Assembly (NCBI GenBank): GCA_964354495.1
Contig: CAYHAA010000015.1
Span: forward strand, 1-32,000
Direction: 5' to 3'
DNA from: an uncultured archaeon
GTDB lineage: Archaea; Asgardarchaeota; Thorarchaeia; Thorarchaeales; Thorarchaeaceae
DNA length: 32,000 bases
The notes under the pieces were generated by a model. That model ran no database searches. It saw only the letters and a program-made list of their open reading frames with translations, and was not told where the DNA came from. The position numbers and the translations under genes are program-made. This document shows, in pieces, positions 1 to 7,541 of the stretch; position 1 is the first letter of the stretch, and each line of letters starts with the position of its first letter.

Positions 1-508
1 CGAAGAGCTGGTTTTACCGCGGCGGCTGGCACCAGCCTTGCCCTCTCCTTTCTAGCGGTCCGTCTTGCGGATCCGCCACAGATGGAGTTATCCCCCATCA
101 CTCGGCTTAGCCCACTCGCGCTTTCGCGCATTGGTGAGGTCTCGTAACTGCTGCGCCCCGTGGGGCTAGGGCCCTTGTCTCAGTGCCCTTCTCCGGGCCA
201 CGACTTACATCGCCCGTTCGGGTCATAACCTAAGTGGGCAGTTACCCCACTTACAAGTATGATCCGGTGCCGCCCCGTCCTGCGGCGGAGTGTCCCACAT
301 ACCTGGAACATCCTTTTCAGAGCAACATCATTTCCAGAACAATGCTCCTAGGACGGATTGACGCCAGTTTCCCGGCGTTGTCCGCCTCCACAGGGTAGGT
401 TAGCGACACTACTGAGCCGTTCGCGACGGACTCGGATGCGAGCCCGTTCCACTTGCATGTCTTATCCCCAAGCCGATAGCAGTGTCCTCTAGCAGGATCA
501 ACTAGAGT
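1..508 (-). rRNA. rrs: 16S rRNA, 5' part (runs off the window at position 1)
   Basis: Reverse complement begins ACTCTAGTTGATCCTGCTAGAGG (archaeal 5' end at ~508). It contains ACGGGGCGCAGCAG and GTGCCAGCCGCCGCGGTAA, and the helices show compensatory changes. Confidence 0.97.
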
Positions 509-810
509 TGGTCCTAATATTGTACATGTTAGCAAGGAATGACTGGAGTAGTACTCAGTCACTTTGTACAACATTTTTACACACAGAACTTAATTCGCTT
601 GATAAAGTACAGGCTTAACGGGGTTAGCAGAGATGGCTTACCCTTGTTATACCTGCACACTGTTGAGCCTTTCTTAGACCTGAGGGAATTCTGCCACATG
701 TGTGCCAGTCTATCTCACGTCCGCATCTTGTCATCGCATCTGGAAATCACGAGCCATCATAGCTTGGCATTCGCCGACAGCATCCGGCCTGACACCGTAT
801 GATGCGAAAG
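509..810 (-). other. Structured pre-16S leader (5' external transcribed spacer)
   Basis: Lies between the putative promoter and the 16S 5' end. Inverted repeats TTGTACA..TGTACAA enclose TGACT..AGTCA (~520-581), and AGGCTTAAC..GTTGAGCCT spans ~611-670. The processing-stem partner is outside the window. Confidence 0.6.
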
Positions 811-833
811 CAGACTTCATCGCGAGGAATCCT

Positions 834-848
834 AATAAAAAGCTTTCC
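834..848 (-). promoter_or_regulatory. Putative rRNA promoter (BRE + TATA)
   Basis: Minus strand reads GGAAAGC-TTTTTATT, a purine-rich BRE followed by a TATA-like box pointing at the 16S gene. Confidence 0.5.
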
Positions 849-1032
849 AAGGGGCCGCTAGAAAGGCGATTATGAGTCCACAGAAATGCCCCCGCGATTC
901 CATTCATGAGTCATTCGGTAGATAGTTCCGATCAAGATTGGCTCTCAGTATCTTTCACCTGCGGAGGCGCGAAACTTCATAACATACTCCATCCGTTGAC
1001 AGACCCAGTAAAAGAAACCGGAGAGAGCCCAG

Positions 1033-3642
1033 ATGGCAGATTTTCACGAGTATCTTGAGTCATTGATGAGAGATGGTATCCAAGAAGCGGAAAACACGCT
1101 AATGACTGAGAGAGAGGGATTCACCTTTCCCACAGCAAAGCCTCAGTGGGCACCTCCAAGGCATTATAATATACTGCATCTGAAACTGAAATGGAAGATG
1201 GATCCAGAGAATGAGCATGTTGACGCAGTCTCTTCAATCCGTATAGAGAGTATTGTTCCAGAACTGAAGAGAGCCTTTCTACATGCAAGCGAATTGATGA
1301 TTGAGAGAATCACTGACAAAGAGGGCAACTCTCTGAGGTTTGAGATGATGCCAGACGAACAGGCAATGTCTGTTGACTTGGTGAGGACTCTGAACGAGAG
1401 AGAAACTGAAGAGCTGACCTTTGCCTACTCCATAGACCATCCCCGAACTGGACTGTACTTCACTAACCGAAGCCCCGAATTTCCAGACATTGAGACCAGT
1501 GTCTGGACACAGATGCAGGATGATTATGCACGGTATTGTGTTCCTGTCTATGACAACCCGAGTCACAAGTTCCCCGTTGAAGCAGTTGTCACCGTTCCAA
1601 AGGGCTTCTTTGCAATGAGCAATGGTTACTTGAAAGACCGGACAGAGAACAGTGATGGAACGGAAACATTCCATTGGGTGCAAGAAAAGCCCATCCCCGC
1701 CTATCTAATGACGGTAGCAGCCTCAGAGTATGTGGAATACAAGGAAAGTCTCAACGGTCTCGAAGTAAGCTACTATGTCCACAAGAGGTGGGACAGGGAA
1801 ACAGTCTATCGATCCTTTGGCAAGACTCCTGAGATGATTAGATTCTTTGAGTCGAAATTGGGAGTCAAGTACCCATGGGCAAAATACGCGCAGGTGACTG
1901 CTGCCAATTTTGTCATTGGAGGAATGGAGAATGTCAGCGCAACCACGCAGACCGACGCCACGCTCCATGATGAGAAGACACATAACGACTTTGACTCAGA
2001 GGGCCTTGTGGCACATGAACTGGCACATATGTGGGGCGGAGACCTTGTCACATGCAGAACATGGTCACATGGATGGCTCAATGAGGGGTGGGGAACTCAG
2101 ATGCAGAATGAGTGGAAACGCCATGACAAGGGCGAAGAGGAGTATCTCTATGATCAATACGGGAAACAGCAGTCCTATTTTGACGAGGACAAGAATAGAT
2201 ACCGTCGACCAATAGTGAAGAATGAGTGGGAACGAGGCTCAGACGTCTTTGATGCCCATCTCTACCCAGGAGCAGCATGGAGATACTACATGCTGAAGCA
2301 TCTCGTGGGGGAGGACCGCTGGTGGAAGATTCTAGGCGAGTGGTTGACCCGGTTTTCTTACAGGTCAGCCTACACACATGACCTAGAGAGCCTGTTCACG
2401 GAGATGACAGGTGAAGATTTCGGTTGGTTCTTCGAGCAGTGGTTATACAAGGCAGGATACCCGGAGTGCAAGATCAAGGTCACCCATGATGAAACGCTCG
2501 GCCACGCACATGTGACTGTTGAGCAGACTCAGAGTAGCGATGATGGGATGACACCAGAGGTGTTCCGATTCCCACTCACGGTAGAGCTTGTAGATGAGAA
2601 AGGAGCACGGGTCCGCTATACCATGCAGGTCAATGATCGAGTGCATGGTTTCTATTACCCAGTTCGAAGCAAGCCAGCGCAGATAATCATTGATCCTGAT
2701 TATGCAACTCTGATGGACTGGAATATTGAGAAACCCGAACCCATGTGGATTGAACAGCTGCAGCACGGGGCAAATACTATCCAGAAAATCAAGGCTGCAC
2801 AGGCATTGGAGAAGAAGGCCACTCCAAAGGCTGTCGAAGCTCTGGGAAAGGCGCTCGTAAGCGAGAAGTTCTGGGGAACACAGGTCGAGATTGCCAGAGT
2901 CCTTGGCTCGCTGAAGTCGGAGCCGGCTCTAGAATGGCTTCTCAAGGCAACCACCCTAAAGAACACAAAGGCAAGAACTGCTGTCGCCAGAGCTCTTGGT
3001 CAGTTCTATAAGAATGACAAGGCAGTAGCTGCTCTCAGAAAACTCTTGGGAGATACGGAGAGCTACTTTGTGGTGGCAGCTGCTGCAACATCCATTGGCA
3101 AGACGCAACATGATGAGGCATTTACCATCCTGGCAAAATTCCTGAAGAAATGTCCTCCGAGCTGGCACGATATCATCGAGACAGGCTGTTTGGAGGGGAT
3201 TGCAGCAACGGAGAAAGAGGAGGCCATTGACATTGCTAGGAAGTACCTCGAACTGGGCAACAGCGATTGGACTCGCCGTGCTGTTCCTAGTATGCTTGCC
3301 GGTCTTGGAAAGCGCTTCAAGAAGGAGCATCCTGAGATACGCTCAATCCTTGAGAGTCATATCCTTGACAAATCCTACAGAGTACGGAGCATGACAATCT
3401 CTGCAATTACTGACTACGAGGATGCATCTCTCATACCTGCGCTGTCACGGCTTGCTGAGCAGGCTGCCGAGAGTGGAATCGTTCGTAGATGCAGGGTTGC
3501 TGTTAGAAACCTGGGCAAGAAGAAGGAGCCAGAAGAGATTGATTCTCTGAAAAAGAGTATAGAAGAACTGGAGAAGCAAAACAGGGACCTCAAAGACCGA
3601 TTAGATAAGATAGAAACTATGCTAGAGAAGAAAGTGGGATGA
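1033..3642 (+). CDS. pepN: M1 family aminopeptidase with C-terminal HEAT-like repeats and coiled-coil tail
   Basis: GGMEN exopeptidase motif, HELAH-x18-E zinc motif (HELAH...WLNEG), Tyr in HLYPGAA, HEAT-like C-terminal repeats, heptad tail. Confidence 0.92.
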   Translation: MADFHEYLESLMRDGIQEAENTLMTEREGFTFPTAKPQWAPPRHYNILHLKLKWKMDPENEHVDAVSSIRIESIVPELKRAFLHASELMIERITDKEGNSLRFEMMPDEQAMSVDLVRTLNERETEELTFAYSIDHPRTGLYFTNRSPEFPDIETSVWTQMQDDYARYCVPVYDNPSHKFPVEAVVTVPKGFFAMSNGYLKDRTENSDGTETFHWVQEKPIPAYLMTVAASEYVEYKESLNGLEVSYYVHKRWDRETVYRSFGKTPEMIRFFESKLGVKYPWAKYAQVTAANFVIGGMENVSATTQTDATLHDEKTHNDFDSEGLVAHELAHMWGGDLVTCRTWSHGWLNEGWGTQMQNEWKRHDKGEEEYLYDQYGKQQSYFDEDKNRYRRPIVKNEWERGSDVFDAHLYPGAAWRYYMLKHLVGEDRWWKILGEWLTRFSYRSAYTHDLESLFTEMTGEDFGWFFEQWLYKAGYPECKIKVTHDETLGHAHVTVEQTQSSDDGMTPEVFRFPLTVELVDEKGARVRYTMQVNDRVHGFYYPVRSKPAQIIIDPDYATLMDWNIEKPEPMWIEQLQHGANTIQKIKAAQALEKKATPKAVEALGKALVSEKFWGTQVEIARVLGSLKSEPALEWLLKATTLKNTKARTAVARALGQFYKNDKAVAALRKLLGDTESYFVVAAAATSIGKTQHDEAFTILAKFLKKCPPSWHDIIETGCLEGIAATEKEEAIDIARKYLELGNSDWTRRAVPSMLAGLGKRFKKEHPEIRSILESHILDKSYRVRSMTISAITDYEDASLIPALSRLAEQAAESGIVRRCRVAVRNLGKKKEPEEIDSLKKSIEELEKQNRDLKDRLDKIETMLEKKVG

Positions 3643-3656
3643 AACAAGAGGCGATG

Positions 3657-3682
3657 GAAGGGCGGAGTTTCCCCCGCCTTTC
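3657..3682. terminator. GC-rich hairpin after pepN (possibly bidirectional)
   Basis: GAAGGGCGGAG-TTTC-CCCCGCCTTTC. On the minus strand the loop is a GAAA tetraloop. Confidence 0.55.
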
Positions 3683-3738
3683 AAAGCAGAAACAGTGTTT
3701 ACCTGTCTGCTCATCTTGCAGTTGTCGGTAGTCTTCCA

Positions 3739-3810
3739 TCATGTGTTGGGCCCTGAGAGTTCGGCCATATGTGCGACCACGGATGCAAGTGTCTTCTTGC
3801 TATACTCCAT
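3739..3810 (-). CDS. Putative 23-aa micro-ORF (MEYSKKTLASVVAHMAELSGPNT)
   Basis: ATG at 3810 lies ~30 nt downstream of a minus-strand TTTATATC box (3840-3847), and two hairpins follow. No homology recognised. Confidence 0.33.
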   Translation of the reverse strand: MEYSKKTLASVVAHMAELSGPNT

Positions 3811-3866
3811 GATTTGCACGTCAGATATAGTGCATTTTTGATATAAAGGCGCGATGAACGATACCA

Positions 3867-3883
3867 CTAGATGATTCATCTAG
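3867..3883. promoter_or_regulatory. Perfect palindrome, putative operator (partial second copy at 3949-3960)
   Basis: CTAGATGA-T-TCATCTAG. TAGATGATTCAT recurs at 3949-3960, ~25 nt downstream of a TTATAT box (3922-3927). Confidence 0.6.
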
Positions 3884-4009
3884 AAGAAGTATCCGCACTA
3901 AGGACTGCTTGAAACGGTGGATTATATCACCGATTTAGAGAAAAGCCATAGATGATTCATTCACCAGTAATAAGACCAAAGCTGACAAGAAAAGGACAGG
4001 CGTCACCTC

Positions 4010-4627
4010 ATGCAAGCAGAGCTCGGAATCATCAGACTAGATTTGCTCTTTGAAGCAGTCAGCGGAATAATCGCCTTGATGGTGTCCTATTATGCCACAA
4101 AGGCGTACCGTCTGACCGGTGAGAAGAAACTCTCAGATCTTTCTACTGGATTCCTTGTTCTCTCTGCAGGCATGTTCGGGCGAGTGATTGGGACATGGTA
4201 TTTTCTTGTAAGAGAGCCAACTGATGTAATCTTCGGCATCGTCACAATAGCCTATGGCGTTTCCAGAGTAATGGCGTATGCCATCTTTGTAATCTCGACC
4301 AGACCAGCTCACAGAGAAACAGACAACCAGAACACAGCAAGTATCAGCATGCTGTTAATGGCAACCTTTCTAGTCGAACCGACTCTTGAGATAGTAGCAA
4401 TACTGGTTCTGGTCGTAGTCGTTCTCCAGGCCATCCTCAACTACTTGGCAACGCGAAGCAAGTTTGCACGTTATGTTCTAGGTGGATTCTTCCTCATCCT
4501 AATGAGTCACATCATGATGGCTCAAGTCGCTGCAGCTCCCAGCCTCTATCTGTTGAGTCAAGGAGCGCAACTTCTTGGCTTCTTGTCGCTGCTGGTCATG
4601 CTGTATCAGGCAGGCCGAAACGTATGA
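4010..4627 (+). CDS. Multi-pass membrane protein (~6-7 TM), possible sensor partner of the wHTH
   Basis: Successive hydrophobic segments. Its stop overlaps the next start (ATGA, 4624-4627). Confidence 0.8.
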   Translation: MQAELGIIRLDLLFEAVSGIIALMVSYYATKAYRLTGEKKLSDLSTGFLVLSAGMFGRVIGTWYFLVREPTDVIFGIVTIAYGVSRVMAYAIFVISTRPAHRETDNQNTASISMLLMATFLVEPTLEIVAILVLVVVVLQAILNYLATRSKFARYVLGGFFLILMSHIMMAQVAAAPSLYLLSQGAQLLGFLSLLVMLYQAGRNV

Positions 4628-4917
4628 GTAAGAAGCGACCCTATCGCTCAAAGATGCGCATCTTGGTAGACATGATGCGTGCTATTCAGAGTGAGGGGGA
4701 GGAAGGCACAGGCCCAACAAAGATACTCTACGCGGCAAATCTGTCCCATGACCGATTGACCCAATATCTGGAAGAACTGGTTGAGAAGGAACTCGTGCAA
4801 GAGGTGGGTCCTGATAGCAACAATCGGTCATATCTGCTGACAGAGAAGGGCAGAGAGTTCCTCAGGGAGTTCCTTAGAATGGAACGATTCTCTGAGGCAT
4901 TTGGAATCGAGATCTGA
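4624..4917 (+). CDS. Small winged helix-turn-helix transcription regulator (archaeal type)
   Basis: RSKMRILVDMM..GPTKILYAANLSHDRLTQYLEELVEKELV..YLLTEKGREFL is a typical archaeal wHTH pattern. Confidence 0.88.
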   Translation: MSKKRPYRSKMRILVDMMRAIQSEGEEGTGPTKILYAANLSHDRLTQYLEELVEKELVQEVGPDSNNRSYLLTEKGREFLREFLRMERFSEAFGIEI

Positions 4918-4969
4918 TTCACACAAGCAGACAATCTTTTAAGAAATCCATACGGAAAAGCATCTCAAT

Positions 4970-5076
4970 GGGCCGGTAGATCAGACCGGTAGATCGTCTG
5001 ATTCGCAAGCTCGCTGGTGTTAGCCACATGCCGACACTTCAGAAGGCCGCGCGTTCAAATCGCGCCCGGTCCACCA
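4970..5076 (+). tRNA. tRNA-Ala(CGC) with 30-nt intron at 37/38 (5008-5037), CCA encoded
   Basis: Acceptor GGGCCGG/CCGGTCC with G3:U70, D stem GATC/GATC, anticodon stem TCTGA/TCAGA, T arm GCGCG-TTCAAAT-CGCGC, TTTTAAG box upstream (~4937). Confidence 0.95.
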
Positions 5077-5084
5077 TCTCTAGA

Positions 5085-6281
5085 TTATGGTACCTCTTCT
5101 ATGTTCTTTTTCGTCTGTATGAACAGAAGCAAAATGAGCGCAAGGAATGTGAGGATGATTGAATACAGAAAGACGGCTTGAAGATTGAATTGAATCCAGA
5201 GATATCCGATGATTAGTCCTGCAGGAAACGCGGATATACCGGTTGCCATCTGGAATGCTCCAATGAGGCTCGCCCGGCGCTTCTCCTCCACGAGGTCAGC
5301 AACCAAGCTTGTCTGAACAGGATCGAGAGCACCATTCATCAACCCAAAGAAGACGAAGAGCGGCACCACAGTCACCATATCAATGGTGAACGAGTACGCC
5401 CAGGCTGCTGTCAGTATCAGGAAAAGGAAGGCGGCGATCAGTACAGGCTTTCGACCCACTCTATCTGAGATTCTGCCAAAGGGGTATGCTGTGGTAGCGT
5501 ATACAGCTGTGAACAGCAGATAGAGACCCGTTTGTTGAACGACTGTGTACCCAAAAGTGGCCGAATAGAGAATCAATAGGGAGTAGCTGAAAGTCGCAAG
5601 AGCAAAAAGAACAGAAGTCACCAGAAATATTTTGAGATTACGATCAATGCCACCGAAATCCACACCCTTGAAGATATCTTTTCCTCTTTTTTCTTTGATG
5701 AGTGCTAAAACCACAACAACGGAAGCGAAACCCGGAATGACAGCCAACAGGATAATTCCCGTATAGCCTAGATAGGCAAAGAGAAGGAGAGTGATAAGAG
5801 ACCCTAGAACTGCACCTGTGGTATCAAGTGCTCGAAGCACACCAAACGCGCGTCCCCGTTTCTTGTCGCCCGCATATGCTGCAACTATTGCATCACGTGG
5901 GGGCCCCCGCATTTTGCCTAGGCGGTCCAAAGACTTCCAGAAAAGTATCTGGAAAAACTGGTATCCAAAGGTAGCAAGAATGAATCCTATGCGTGCAACG
6001 GATGATAGGGCGTACCCCAGAGCGATGAATAGCTTCCGTTTGCCTGTTCTGTCTGAAGCATAGCCTGCGCCGAGCTTTGAGAGCGAAGTAACCATCAATG
6101 CCAGACCATCAATCATCTGTACAACACCGGGGTCTATGCCAAGCCGGGTGGTAAGAAAAGTCGGCCAGATGGGAGCAATCATATCAGATCCAGTATCATT
6201 AAGCAAAGAGGCGACTCCAAGCACATATGCCGGATTTCTCTCGGCCTCTACTTTGTCTGTGGGCCCTTCATCAATGGCCAT
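5085..6281 (-). CDS. MFS transporter
   Basis: Motif A in both halves (GYASDRTGKRK; GRISDRVGRK) and ~12 TM segments. Confidence 0.92.
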   Translation of the reverse strand: MAIDEGPTDKVEAERNPAYVLGVASLLNDTGSDMIAPIWPTFLTTRLGIDPGVVQMIDGLALMVTSLSKLGAGYASDRTGKRKLFIALGYALSSVARIGFILATFGYQFFQILFWKSLDRLGKMRGPPRDAIVAAYAGDKKRGRAFGVLRALDTTGAVLGSLITLLLFAYLGYTGIILLAVIPGFASVVVVLALIKEKRGKDIFKGVDFGGIDRNLKIFLVTSVLFALATFSYSLLILYSATFGYTVVQQTGLYLLFTAVYATTAYPFGRISDRVGRKPVLIAAFLFLILTAAWAYSFTIDMVTVVPLFVFFGLMNGALDPVQTSLVADLVEEKRRASLIGAFQMATGISAFPAGLIIGYLWIQFNLQAVFLYSIILTFLALILLLFIQTKKNIEEVP

Positions 6282-6588
6282 CTTGAATCACCAGAATCAA
6301 CAGACACTTGCGATGACTTGTCTTAATTTGTCTGCTTTGCCATGAATTCATATAGAACCAATTTAACGATTGTGAAACATGCTCTTAATATGGCCGACGT
6401 CTTATGACGAGGATGAGAGAGTGACAGAGGCACATACTCCGATCATGAAGATTGCAGTCGAAATGGGGCCTGCAACCAAGAGAGCTACGGATTCCGTTCT
6501 TTGCCATCTTCAAGGGCAAAAAGAGTAGAGTATTGCCACGCCTAAATGCTTTTTCAGGACTATGCAAGAGAGAGGTCAGGTGTACTGA

Positions 6589-7023
6589 ATGAGTGAAGAG
6601 CCGATACTCTTTCCCGTGAGCCTTGTCTGGACTGGTGGAAGGACTGGCAAGTTATCAGTAGAGGGAAAAGCAGTCATAGGAACTGGTACCTCATCGAGCA
6701 ATCCGGAGGAGGCGAAATATCATTCTCCAGAGGATCTCTTTGTAGCCTCAGCAACAGTCTGCTACATGAATGGTTTTGTCAATTTCACAAGGAAAATGCG
6801 TATTGAGTTCAAGACATTCATATGTGATGCTATCGGGACACTAGAGAAGGTCGGCCGCAGTTTTGAAATAACCAAAATTGAGATGAGGGCTAGAGTTCAG
6901 ATTGAATCCGAGGACATCCGTGATAAGATTGGTCGAGCACTCGAACTAGCGGATAAGTATTGTTTTGTTGGAAACAGCATGAAGTGCCAAATCTCACATG
7001 ATGTTGAGATTGTTGTTCTCTAG
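6589..7023 (+). CDS. OsmC/Ohr family protein, copy 1
   Basis: SPEDLFVASATVCY ... KYCFVGNSMK (both Cys present). AGGTG RBS 6 nt before the ATG. Confidence 0.88.
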   Translation: MSEEPILFPVSLVWTGGRTGKLSVEGKAVIGTGTSSSNPEEAKYHSPEDLFVASATVCYMNGFVNFTRKMRIEFKTFICDAIGTLEKVGRSFEITKIEMRARVQIESEDIRDKIGRALELADKYCFVGNSMKCQISHDVEIVVL

Positions 7024-7085
7024 TCGCTGCGAGAACCAAATCCTTTTTTCATAGAGATAAATGGGCAGACACTACGGTGAAAGAG

Positions 7086-7520
7086 ATGAGTGAAGAGTCA
7101 CACGAGTATCTTGTGAAGATTGATTGGACACACGGTAGAGTTGGAAACCTGACTGTGAAAGGAAAACCCAAGATTCAAATCTCAGCACCTCCTGAATTTG
7201 ACGGGCCTGAAGGAGTCATCAGTCCAGAGGATCTCTTTGTAGCAGCTGCCACCTCGTGTTTCATGACGACCTTCATCACGTTCACAAAGAAGCTGCACAT
7301 TGAGTTCAAATCATTCACCTGCAAAGGACTTGGAACACTGGAGAGGGTGGAGAAGGGCTTTCAGTTCACCAAGCTTCTTCTGAGAGCAAAGGTGACGGTC
7401 GACACTGAAGACCTCATACCGAAGGCAGAGCGAGCGTTGGATCTCGCAGGGAAGTATTGTCTTGTATCCAATAGCATGAAGTGTCCGACTGAGCATGTGA
7501 ATGAAGTGACAGCAGGATAG
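7086..7520 (+). CDS. OsmC/Ohr family protein, copy 2 (ATG 7086 preferred; ORF opens at 7077)
   Basis: APPEFDG..SPEDLFVAAATSCF ... KYCLVSNSMK. GGTGA RBS upstream of the ATG. Confidence 0.9.
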   Translation: MSEESHEYLVKIDWTHGRVGNLTVKGKPKIQISAPPEFDGPEGVISPEDLFVAAATSCFMTTFITFTKKLHIEFKSFTCKGLGTLERVEKGFQFTKLLLRAKVTVDTEDLIPKAERALDLAGKYCLVSNSMKCPTEHVNEVTAG

Positions 7521-7541
7521 GGTCAAGTAGAGCTGACCCTA

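Noticed and set aside
715-760. C/D-box-like motif in the rRNA leader (ATGATGG..CAGA..ATGACA..GTGA)
   Set aside because: All four boxes deviate from consensus, the element is short, and there is no convincing terminal stem.
317-802. ORF-track entries 317-574 and 539-802
   Set aside because: They overlap the 16S gene and its leader and are non-coding.
47-866. 12-bp inverted match CCGCTAGAAAGG between the 16S interior (47-58) and the upstream region (855-866)
   Set aside because: The upstream copy lies beyond the predicted promoter, and a match of this length is expected by chance.
3622-3810. Selenocysteine read-through of the micro-ORF TGA (3739-41) with a SECIS-like ATGA..AAA..GA hairpin at 3681-3714
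   Set aside because: The GA pairs are in the wrong register and orientation for a SECIS core. Read-through would run across the hairpin and overlap the pepN 3' end, and there is no known selenoprotein motif.
6379-6567. Short ORFs in the MFS-OsmC intergenic region
   Set aside because: No RBS, motif or homology. The region is adequately explained as divergent promoters.
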